Of a stretch of 64,000 bases of DNA, positions 38,801 to 50,538 are shown one piece after another. Positions within the stretch are counted from its first letter, which is position 1. Each line of letters opens with the position of its first letter. The notes under the pieces are model-generated. The model made no database searches. It saw nothing but the letters and a program-made list of their open reading frames with translations, and was not told where the DNA came from. A program made the translations under genes and the position numbers. Source of the stretch: Marsupella aquatica (Eukaryota; Plantae; Marchantiophyta); assembly GCA_973895155.1 (NCBI GenBank), contig OZ316891.1:778143-842142 (forward strand). Reading direction: 5' to 3'.

Positions 38801-38889
38801 GTGGTATTGTGTAGGCTGGAGTGTCAGGGGTGTGCTAGGACACCTCTAATGAGAGTGACTATGAAGTTGGCCTTGCAAAGTGAGGTATG

Positions 38890-39400
38890 TTGTCAGTGTA
38901 TCACACAAAGAGGGACCCAAGGAGGATGAACCGGTGCAACCAGTGGGAGGGGGCGGGGATGAAGAGGATGGACCGGATGAACCACTGGGTGGGGATGAAG
39001 AGGCAGCATAGGAGCTACCACAACAAGCAGTGGAAGGGAAGGAGGAGGTACCAGAGGACCATCCTCACATAGCAGTAGAGGGGGAGCATGAGGCAGCAGA
39101 GGATGAACCACAGGAAGCATGGAAGGGGACCGAGGAAGGGGAAGTCAAAGGAGGCATCAAAGGACCCATTAGAGGCCCCAAATGCCGAATACATGGAGAC
39201 TGACTTGTACAATGAGGATCTTCTTGAGGATCCATCTCCTCTTTAGGATCCAATTCACCCTCTTGTTGAGGATTATGTTCATCCTTCCTCTATTCCCTAG
39301 TATCTACATGAGGATCCAGTTCACCATCCTGATCCAGAGATTGTCCAGGTCTTTGAACTTCTTGCATCCGTGTTAGAGCCTCCCAACCCTCCCAGGTATG
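38890..39400. repeat. Low-complexity GAGGA/GGATCC-rich degenerate repeat region
   Basis: Repeated gaggat/gaggaa/gatcc units; the ORFs here are Pro/His-rich with no recognisable domain. Confidence 0.5.
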
Positions 39401-41370
39401 AAACTCAAATGTCCACATGCTTCTACAATCCAGAAAGACTACACCTGATGAATTATTTGGGTGTCTATAGAACTACTACAGTGTAGGGACACAAGACCAA
39501 ATGAAATCAAGTGAAATGTTTTCAAACTTTTGCACATCATATAGATGCAATGCAGCAATTTAAATAACATGAACTTGCAAGATTGTACAAAAATGGGTAC
39601 AAAAACTACAAATGATCCAGGAGTTCAAATATCACGGATAACAACTTTGTATAGAAGGTAAAAATGCTCAATTGAGGCAATCCATTCAGATGGGTACATC
39701 AATTACCATGACTGGCAAACAACCCTCCACAACACGTAGTAATGCTTCATTTTGGCAATTCATGCAAAGGCACTAAAGATAGTCCGTTTAGGGAGAAAAT
39801 TATGTGGAAAGCAAAAGGACGTTGTACAAGCGTGAACTCAAGACAAATTTTTGTATGTCTGCACATGCTTCTACAATCCAGAAAAACACGCAATGCATTG
39901 AGGGAGTTTGAATAACATGAAATAGGAACACAACACACAAAGTATAATTTATATTGATCCATATCATTTGGCAATTCAAATAATATGGAAGATAACTCTC
40001 CATAGATTGAAGGTAAACATGCCATCTTTGCTTCTCCAAGGAGGCAGTCAAATTGACATAACTGATGGCATTAAGGGAGAGTAAAATACCATGGAGAAAA
40101 CAACATAACACCCCACATTTAAACAAACCAAACTCAAACCTTGTTCATGACTCTTCCCATCCAAAATTGCTGCCAGGTTCTCACTGTGTCTCCTTCTCCT
40201 TCCAATTAAACCATGGTCTATCCTCTAGTGGCAGTTTGTCAACTTCAGGGATGTCCACATCATAGATAACCCCTCTACGCCAGAGATGGAGTCTATGATC
40301 ATCCTGGTCATCCTGAAGCGGATCTTTGTCACCTAACATGCTCATGAATGTGCTCAGTCATGTATTAATGGAATATTCACTATGGACATTGGAATGTCAA
40401 GAGGCTTGAATGTGGACGTGAATGCTTTCACACACGATCCGCTCAATCAACGCGAGCGAGTGCCCACGGCCCAGTGACAGACAAAGTGCTAGTGGAAAAG
40501 TTGTGGATGAGAGCGGTTGCACAGGTCCGAGGTCCTCCGCACTGATGGCTCTTTGCAGTTCTCCCTGATCGCGTGGTTTGGCATTTTTGTTTGACATGCA
40601 GGGTTGGCCACACAGTTCGACAGTGCAGTTTCACTTAGAGTTATGGTTCACCACAATTTTCTTGGGAAATGTAGCTGGTCACTCCATGAAGCAAAAATTT
40701 GTTATAATGCAGGCCTACTACAAGAACATCTAACGTAAAATTGTGACAATGGCCCATCAGGTAAGAAACTTCCACCATAGCGCCCATCTCTTTCACCTCT
40801 CTAAACAGTTCATCATATTCAGCTGAAATTTACTATCCGGGAAGGGGGGTAATTAAGGTTTTCCATTACCCAGTTTCCCACCAAACTAGAGAGTGACTCC
40901 ATTAGCCAGAATCTAACAATTATCCTAATAGTTAAGGGCCTGGTAGTGAAAGTTAATCTAGTGAAATTAGATAAGGATATTTAAATCAGCATCTTCATCT
41001 TATCCGTCATGGCTTAGAAATATGCATTACCCTACTTAATGCCCTTCATGATTTTTCCTTTCAATATTACAGTGCAGGCTTGGAGGATGTGACGCCGCCA
41101 GCACGGCGGTTAATGAGTGATCCGGCCTAATCCGTGCTTAGCACGCGCTCTATGGACATAGTAGTCCGTAATAATTAGCATAACAACACTAAAGTAGGTA
41201 GTAATCACAACTAGGACATCATTAGTCAATAAGGAGCATTTACGCTTGGGCTGGCGGCAGAGCGCCATTTGTACCCCCGGGTTTCAGGCGTGTAGGGATG
41301 TCCCCTCGGATCCGTATAAAGACTCAAAAGGGCGGCTTGCTGACACGCTCTGACCCGGACCTGAGGAGTG

Positions 41371-44300
41371 TGTTAGGATTTACTCTTAGGTCTAGAGTTA
41401 CAAATGTACCGTAGTTAAGGCTAACCTTAGTCGCAGGCTTGGTTAGGTTAGTCATGTTTTGCACACTCTATAACCAAGCGGTGTTTGCTTGGAGACGTGG
41501 AACTCAGGCTCATTGTTACAAAGCTAGTTGAGAGATAGAGAGAGCTTGCGCTGTGGATGCTTGGTATGGCCAGTCGGCCTAGAGTGCAGTAAAGCTCAAA
41601 TGTGTTCCCGTGGACGTAGCCTCATGTGAAGGTGAACCACGTATCTCTCTGTGTTGACTCTTGTGTGTTGGATGGTTCATGGGCTTGCCGTTGCGATTGT
41701 CATCTATGCTCAACAATTGGTATCAAAGCATGCCTGGGAGGTGACAAGGTTTTTTTGTGACGGTTTTCCAGCGTTCATTGTTGGTGTTGCATTTGGGGTT
41801 TCATTGCATGAAACTCAAATGTGTTTGGCTGAGCGGATAGGTTAGTGAGAGGGCTTTCTAACGGTGGTTAGAACTCGCTGATCGGTATCCGTGGTGCGGA
41901 GGAATTGAAGTTTGCGTCGTTCAGGGTTTATTCGTGTTCGACGGGATTTTGGGGGAGAGACCAGAGATTGTTTTTTCAACAGTGTGAGCTGTGCGGTGCG
42001 GGAAGCATTGTATGTTATAGCTCAAGTTGAAGGTCGAAGCGAGCTGGTCGTTTTGGTACCTGGTTTGCTGGCGTTTGTGGAGCGAGTGCGTCATGACCAG
42101 TGAAAATTGAGTTCTGGTTTTTTGACAAGCTATGGTGCTTGTTTTTCCCTGAACTGGATTACTCATTGTGACGCTTGACTCGGAGGAAGAAACACAAAGT
42201 GCTGAGGCTCAACAGAGAGATCGTGGTGAGGCGATCGTTTTGAGTCCAGGATTGGCCCTTGATGCGGAGAGAGTAAGACACAGCGGAGGTTTTCTCTTCT
42301 CTGGTGGAGCTGCAGACGTGTCGGTGCAGTTCGTCAACATTTTCATGTTGGCAGTCATCATTTTTCTCATTGGAAACCGAAGTGGAGGCAGCTGAGGTTT
42401 GTAACACGGCCTTTGTGTCATTTTTTGGCACATTTTAAGGTTAGTTTAGGGCATTTTTTTGCCCCCATATGGCCTGTATACCTTTAAATCCCAAAAAACC
42501 TACTTTGCCATATGCCCCGGCGCGTGCCCCGGCCTCCCAGACCCCTTTAAGCGCAAAAATATGTTTTTTCTGGTGAAAATATGGCCCAAAACGCCCTTAT
42601 ACGGCCCGAATATGCAAAAATACGAGCGTTTTGACCCCTTTAAACCCATTTTTTCACATTTTTTTGCACTTTATACGCGATTCTGGTCGCGAATACGCGT
42701 GCGTGGCCGCAAATACGTGCGCCTTTTCCAGGGGCTTTAAGACCCCTTTAAAGTGCTTTTTTCTGAATTTTGTTTTTCTCTTCTCCTCATTGGTTGTGCC
42801 GCATCCCGGGCCTGTGACCCTCCATTTTAACCACTTAGGAGATAGGGCCCCCCTGTGAGACTTGTCAGACTGTGCAGAAATATTCCCGAAAATAGAGAGC
42901 TATTTTTTGGCCGTTCGACAAAGATTTTGTCCCCCGAAGGGTAAACTTTTTGGTTCTTTTTCAGTGAGGTCGTAGCCATTGAAGTTGGCAACGCGGCGCA
43001 CCAATCACATCGCAATTCCAACGACTGGTTGTACTTGGTATTTTGGTTATTCCCTGAGGTGGTCAAAACGGGGGAGTTTCCCAAGGTTTTACCCACCTTG
43101 ACCAAAATTTGAATAACTTTTCTGTCAAATTTTGATTTTGATTTCGGTTTTCAGTATTGGACTCCTGGCTTCATGGGCTACGCGACGATGTTGAGTTTTG
43201 AGTTTTTTGAGAAGTTGTGAAAAATGACTTTTTTGTGATTTTCTCATATGAGTGATTCGGAGGAGTTTTTTCTCATATGAGTGATTCGGAGGAGTTTTTT
43301 GAAGATGTGGAACTTGAAGCACGAGGATCACCGCGGCGGTTTGAGGGGCAAAGAGAGGAGCAGGAGGAAGAGCACATGACACCGATACCATCACCGGTGC
43401 AACGTGTGATGGAGGAAGCAGTACTACTACCGGAGCTCACGGTAGTGCCAAAGAAGAAGATGAGACTTTCAAGCTTGGGGGACCCAAGTATGAAGTGACA
43501 AAGTATGATGGGCGCTCTGACTACTTGCTATGGGAGAAGCAGGTGAAGGGAGTGCTCTATGCGTCAGGGATGGGCCAACTGTTGAGCCCTCGTGAAGACG
43601 ATGTTGATGAGAAACAATGGGACCGCATGCAGGAGCAGGAGTGTGGTGTGTTACACTCTATCTCATGCCTCCCATCATCAAGCAGTTGGGTGCACATAAG
43701 GATTGCATGTTCTTCTTTGTGGAATTGCAGAGCAAGTATCACCGCAAGGAGTTGTCAAACCGGCTCTACACTTCTTACAAACTGATGAGTTTCAGGATGA
43801 AGGAATCCGGTACGAAGTTGCAAGACCATGTGGATGCTTTCAACGACATGGTCGTTGACTTGGAAAACCTTGGGGAGACTTTGAATGATGAGACAAAGGC
43901 GCTACAGCTTCTCAGTTCATTGCCTCCATCTTACCATTCAATCCCTATCACGGGTGTTGTTGCATCGTGATAGGGATACCATTTCATACAATGACGTGGT
44001 AAGTTCTCTGCTTAGTGATGATCTTCAGCAGAAGATGCACATCACGTCACAACCTTCATCCTCTGGTGTTGCCCTCAATGTTAACCGTGGAAGGAGTATG
44101 CAGCGACCAACTGGGGACCATAGAACCCAGTTTAGATCTAAATCCAGATCTAAGACCAGAGGCAAATCCCCTCAGAGAAGGCAGGTGACATGTTGGAAGT
44201 GCAACCAAGTTGGACACTTCAAGCGAGACTGTAAGGGAAAGGCAGCTGAATCTTCATCGGCAAATGTGGCTAGGGCTGATGGAGATGTCATCAATGGAGC

Positions 44301-46339
44301 GTTATTGATGGTGAACTTCAAGTCAGGTCGGGAGAGACAGTGATTTTGAAAGGGAGCACACAGAAGAATTTGTATGTGTTACAGGGCAATACGGTATGTG
44401 GAGAGGCCAATGTAACCAAGTCTCACGAGGAGATGACTCAACTATGACATTCACGACTAGGCCACATGAGTGAGAAGGGTTTGGCTATCTTACGGAAGAA
44501 TGGACTCATTTCTGATTTGCAATCTTGTAAATTAGAGTTCTATGAGCATTGCATTCTTGGAAAGGAGCATTGCCGTGCTTTCGGTGTTGGAACTCATCGT
44601 TCCAAAGCGATTCTTGAGTACATACATAGTGAGGTCCATCCCCGACTCCCTCACACTCTCGAAAGTTGTACTATGTATCATTTATTGACGATTACTCAAG
44701 ATTTGTATGGATTTATTTCATGACGCATAAGTCTGATGTCTTGTCCATTTTTAAGAAGTGGAAGGCCCAAGTGGAGAATCAGACTGGAAACACGATCAAG
44801 TGTTTGGATACAAGGGTGAAGAGTCTAAGGTCAGACAACGGTGGGGAGTACACTTCAGTGGAATTTGAAGAATACTGTTCAGAACACGGGATAACTTGTC
44901 ATCTCATCACAGTTTATACTCCGTAGCATAATGGTGTTGCTGAGAGGCTCAATCAGACACTGTTAGAGCGGTCACGGAGTATGTTGAGGCAATCAAGTTT
45001 ATCATAAGAATTTTGGGCAGAAGCTGTCTATACCATAGCTTATTTGGTAAATCTTTCTCCTTCTAGTGCTATCAATTTCAAAACGCCATTTGAGATGCGC
45101 TATAAGCGGCAAGCAAACTATCATGGCTTGGTAGTTTTTGGAAGTGATGCATATGCTCTCACACCAAAGCAAAATAGGACCAAGTTGGATCCTACCTCCA
45201 AGAAATGTGTTTTTCTTGGGTACCAAAGTGGTGTGAAAGCCTATAGGCTATGGGATCCTATTGCCTGTAAGCTCGTTGTCAGTAGGGATGTTTGCTTCAA
45301 TGAATCCAGATTATTGAAGGAGGGGGAGAATACTCAAGTCTCCCGTACTGACAAAGGAAAATCTCCTATCCCGGATCTCATTGAGGGGGAGATTGGTCAT
45401 GAGGTGCATGACCGGAGAGAAGGAGTTGCTCCAATTATGGAGTTGGTTCCTGTGCCAGAGGAACCAGAGAAGTTTGTTGATGCTGGTGAGCAGCAAGTGA
45501 ATGCTGCTGAGCTTCAAATTGTACCAACACACGCAGATCAATTGGAGTCATCGGCTAGAAGAGCATCTGGTCGCATTGTACGCGCTCCACCAAGCTAGGT
45601 ATGGATAGCAAGCCAGTAAGTACCCCATTGGCTCCACACTTCAAGTTGTCATCAGCTTTCTGTCCTACGGATGACACAGAGAAGGGGTTGATGTCAAAGG
45701 TTCCGTATGACAAGGCAGTGGGGAGTCTCATGTATTTGATGACTTGCACTAGACCTGATCTTGCCATGGCTATGGGCAAGGTGAGCAGGTACATGTCAAA
45801 TCCAGGGAAGGTACACTGGGAAGCAGTGAAGTGGATTATTTGGTATTTGAAGGGTACCGTGGATCATGGTCTATTGTTTGATGCACATGTTGATAATGCT
45901 AGATCATTGATGGGCTATGTAGATGCTAACTATGCACAGGATCTGGATTGGAGGAGGTCAACAACAAGTTATGTGTTCACACTTGGAGGTGGATGCATAA
46001 GTTGGAGGTCTACTTTGCAGAAGTGTATTGCTCAGTCTACTACGTACAGAAGCGGAGTATGTTGCAGCAGCGGAAGCAGCAAAGGAAGAAATTTGGTTGG
46101 ATAGACTTATCACTGAAATGGGATTGCCACAAGGGAATGTGAAGCTCCATTGTGATAGTCAAAGTGCGCTCCACCTTGCTGTGAACCAGGTGATGGATAG
46201 TAGAGTGAAGCACATTGACGTCAGGTACCATTTTATCAGGCAGGCTGTGTCTAATAATATGTTTGAGCTAGTCAAGATTCATGGTAAACTCAACCCGGCT
46301 GACGCTTTTACCAAAGTGATTCCTTTGGAGAGTTTTTCA
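41371..46339 (+). mobile_element. Second Ty1/copia element related to element 1; internally deleted and lacking its 3' LTR
   Basis: LTR 41371-41715 (TGTTAG...TCAACA), PBS TGGTATCAAAGC at 41718-41729, leader homologous to element 1, gag CWKCNQVGHFKRDC, integrase LRSDNGGEY, RNase H KHIDVRYHFIR. Protease and most of RT are missing, and homology ends at ...IPLESFS. Confidence 0.92.
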
Positions 46340-46340
46340 G

Positions 46341-49300
46341 CTGCTTAGGCAAGCACTCGGGGTGGGAACAAATACCAACGATCGACTCAAGGAGGGTATG
46401 AGCAACGTCAATCAAGTGGCACATTTTTGGGGATGCATGTTCGAACGGGCAGGTGAGTACATCAGGACTTACGAGGACGAAGAATTGGAGAGAGCAGCTC
46501 GAGAATGGCAGGAACTCGCTCGGCTCTGGGAACTACAGAAGACGGCTTTCTTAGGAGGAGAACTTATCAAGGCCAAGTTCTTGTGGACTCCTACTGCCAA
46601 TCAGCTTGACGACCTTCTATTTTGCAAAAACAAAATTGTTGGCATCCGGGAAGCCATCAATCGCTGCAACGACCTACACTGGGAGTTGAAGGGTAACACA
46701 AAGGGGTGGACGAAGGCAACCTTGCTAGGAGAAACATCCACGGTAGCCGAGATGAAGAGGAAAAGAAACAACAACGACGAGGCCATCCCGGCAAAAAGAA
46801 CAAGGTCGACGGCACCTAGGAAGCCAGCAGCGCAGCAGAGCAGGACAAGGGGAGAAGCCGAGGAGGAAGAGGTCGATCCCATCAATGCCATTCCAACAAA
46901 CAATGACACCTGGAAAGGCTGGGCGGCGACCCTACCGGAGGAAGTGCAATTACACTTTGCACGGGAGGAGGATGCATGCTTTCCGGCCATGCAGACCAAG
47001 AAGTACCAAGGCTTCATGGTCGGATCCGGCTTGGAAACCTTCGTAAGATTACCATGGCTGAAGCGGGAGGTGCCGGACTCAGACTTATTAGAATTCGTGG
47101 GATCATGGGAACCCGAGACCAATTCCACGAGGGTGTATGGGAAGGATTTCTATCTCACTCCCCGGGTGATTGCTGAGGTGTTTGGCTTGCCGATGGGTAA
47201 TAAGACCAAGGTTGATACCAGGAAGACCTTACCTGACAAGGAGTTTTGGTCGTTCCCAGGACCATCAACAAAGAATGGCTTCTTCCGAAACACCTGCACC
47301 AACCCGCACATCGGAGAGATTATCAATTTCTTGCGGGTGGCCATGCACTGTAACTTGCCGAGGGCAAAGACCGGCAAGGCTCAGGTCTACCTGGCAGAAA
47401 GGCCAGACCCAAGCCGGGATTACAACGGGTACCTCCTCAACCAACTGAAGAAGATCTTGAAGGAGGAACAACAGGTGATCGGCGTGGGAAGTGTGTCCCG
47501 GCTTGGCTATCACATGCCACTGTTGTGCCGGTATGCCAGAAGTCAAATCTTTGCCCCAGCACTTCCTCTATCGGTAAGGGCACCAGAGGAGGTTCCGGAG
47601 CAGAGGCCGGCACCAGAGAAGCCCAACCAGCCCGACAGTCCGACGATCGAGCAGGTGTTTTGGACAAGAAAAGAGGACTTGCCGATGCAGCAACCAGGCA
47701 TGCAAAATCTGCTAAACTTGCTGGAGAAGGAAAAGAGAACGGTTCCGGCAACGGCAACGATACAGGACGATGCCCTAGAGGTCGGCCTAAGCTGACTCAA
47801 AGGGGAAGACCCCTTTACCGGAGCCAAGGAGAGAAGGAGGCCAGAACACAAGCCGGGAGTGCGAATGTATGTGGGAGCCTCAAGCCCCAAATCAGAGGCA
47901 GAGCAGCCTACGGCTCCTTCCCGCGGAAAGCAAAGGGAGACGACAGCCTGGAAACCAGAGGAACCAGAGGCCATTTTTACGACTGGACCAGGGGAACAAG
48001 GGGAGAGGCCGGGAGTCCAAGTAGTGGAGGAGGCGGTGGAGGACTACAACAATGATAACTCCGGCTATGGGTCGGATCATCATGTTCCAGGAGTAAGGAC
48101 CTGTGGCCAATTTATCCCCACGCTTCCAAGAGTAGTTCGAGGGGACCCCAACCAGCAGAGTAGCCCTGAGTCTCCCCCATCAGAGATTGCTCCCCCGAGC
48201 TTTGACGGCATAAAGCAAACGGCACAAGAATTTCAGGAGCGACTTAGGGAGGAAGAGAAAGCAACCCTAGCTAGGGAGAAGGATTTACCAGGAGGAGATT
48301 GGCCAGAGGACATCAGGCGGCTTGCCGAAAAAGAAGCAACCCTCTTGCCACCATAGAAGAAATCCGCAAGGCGGCTTGGGAGCAGAGGCCGCGGTGGTTG
48401 ATGCCGATGACTTCTAGTTACTCCACCTATGCTAAGGATAGAGCCATGGAGTACGGGGAGATGTGTGGGGACCTGGCGCTCAGCATCTTTGGGGAGGAGT
48501 TGGAGCAGGGACCCTTTTTCCAGAGGGAGAGGTTGGAAAAGCACCGATTAGAAGAAGCGGTGGCTTTGGAGAGAAGCAAGAAGGACGAGGTCATCCGACG
48601 GCTTAGGGAAAGGAAAGAGAGAAATGAAAGTGGGAGCTAAGGGATGCAGAGGAGGCCCACTTAGCAACCAACAATCGGGCCATGGCGGAGAACCAGAGAA
48701 GGGAGAGGGCGTTGAAAGGAGAGCTCGAAGATATCCGCGGAGCCCTTGAACAGAAGGAAGCAGAGTTAGGGAAATCCTATCAAGGGATTATTGCGCTGCA
48801 GCAGGAGCTTGCATCCCTGACGGCCAGCTTCAAGGTCGACCTGCGTGAAAAGGACAACCAGCTCGACCAGACTTATGCCAAGATGAATAAGATGGAGTCT
48901 GTGGTCGTAGCAGAGCTCAACAAGGAGCTAAGAGCAACCCAGGAGGAGAGGGCTACCTTAAAAAAAGAATTGAAGGAAGCCAATAAGGAGCTGGAGGAGG
49001 CGTGCAAGGACCTGGACGAGACCCAGGAGGAGTTGGAGGAAATCACGAGGAAGATGGAGAACCTACAGCGGCGGGCCAACAACCAAACGGAGCGGCTGAA
49101 GACACAAGCCACAGTATTTAAATGCTTGGCTTCATCAGGTCCAACTCCAATTGGGGGAACCCAGTTACCAGGGGTAGTATTGGCCGCAGGACAAGCCAAA
49201 ACACTCACCCCGGTGCCGAAGGTAGGTGGCAAGGGGAAGGAACCGGCTGTCGAAATAGGGAAGAAGAAGAAGCGGAAACCTTCTAGGTCTGGGAGTTATA

Positions 49301-49626
49301 CGGCTTCTCAAGCCGAGGTGACCGAGAAGATAAACCCGACACCAATCTCCAGCATCGGCACGGCGGTAGATCCACCAGTCCTAGGAAGTGGAGATGGACC
49401 GGCTCCTCCACTAGAACATGCCGGGGAGACCGTAGCCGTATCGGAGGCCGTAGCCGTATCGGAGGCCGGGACCGATGCTGAAGCCAAAGCCGAGGGTGGA
49501 CCCAATCAGGCCGATGAAGAGTTGACTCGGTCAAGGGCAGGTAATCTGTCAGAGGACGGACCAACGGTAGTGGCTGCAAAGGAAGCGTTGGGGGCGTCCA
49601 TTGAGGACCAGCCACCGGTGTCGTGA
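46341..49626 (+). pseudogene. 5'-truncated ~1,090-codon accessory ORF of an LTR retroelement (plant-mobile-domain-like region, acidic/Pro-rich linker, long coiled coil); one stop and two frameshifts
   Basis: ORFs 46362-47795 and 47859-48356 share a frame across a TGA, followed by 48299-48640 and 48682-49626. LEFVGSWEPETNSTRVYGKDFYLTPRVIAEVFGLP resembles the PMD motif (W.PET..F......IT..DV..I.GLP). A heptad-rich E/K/L segment lies at ~48540-49110. The stop is ~25 nt before a PPT-like tract. Confidence 0.65.
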
Positions 49627-49650
49627 CGGTGTAAGAATGCCGTCCCTTTT

Positions 49651-50538
49651 AGGGAGGGCGGACGTGGAGGTAGGAGGCGTGAGTAGACAGGGCGGGTGCT
49701 GATCTTCAAGGTTAGACTTAGGATCAAGACCAGGAGATGGCCCTGACACTTAGATTAGTGGGATTTTGGATCCACAGGTGAGGGCGACACTTGTGCTCCT
49801 GCCTCGCTGTACATAGGTAGATTACAGTTAGGTAGATTATAGTAGGTAGATTAGGCTTATGTTGCAAGGAATCAGGCGGATCCACAACTAGGATAAGTAC
49901 CTGGGCTACGGGGAGTTCAGGGCCTCTTCTTTAGCAAGTTTTTAGTTGCACCAGCAGGGCTGGGATCAAGTAGTAAGAGAAGCTCTCGGTTAGTTATACA
50001 GTGACCTTGTGTATATCCATGTTTCCTCATACCTAAGAACTGAATAGAGTTGGCCTCACGGCTTAGTTCGCAGAGCTTGTGTATGAGATGTACTGTTTGT
50101 ATTGCAAGTGCATGGTATAACTCATTCAGAAGGAGTCATTTTGCTATTTGTGTGTCGCATTAACTTGTGTGAAGAGTGCCCACATCAACAAGTAGAAGGG
50201 AAGTAAGCAAGGGAGTGAGAGTTGGATGTGTCGAGCTGAGAGAAATCTTAGCGGCTTAACCAAACCAATTGGGGATCATTCCGACGGCAGAATCCAAATA
50301 TACCTAACCAACAGGAGGGAAAGACAAGAGAAGGCCTAGATTAGGCCAACTGCGTATCTCATGACCCGATGAAGGATCTGTCCAGTATATGTGTGTAAAG
50401 TGTTAATAGTAGTAGTAGGAAGTTAGCAGCGTCCCATGCCGCTAAGCCGCGGAAACGGCCTCGCCGAGCATGAAACCTGCGGGAATCGGCTTGTGCGGGG
50501 GGGTTTCTTGGGTTTGGGGGGCCATGGGACGCACCACA
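49651..50538 (+). repeat. PPT-like tract and putative 3' LTR (~875 bp) of the accessory-ORF element
   Basis: TTTTAGGGAGGGCGGA purine tract followed by non-coding sequence ending in CCACA; the shared 3' boundary is confirmed by the second copy at 33916. Confidence 0.65.
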
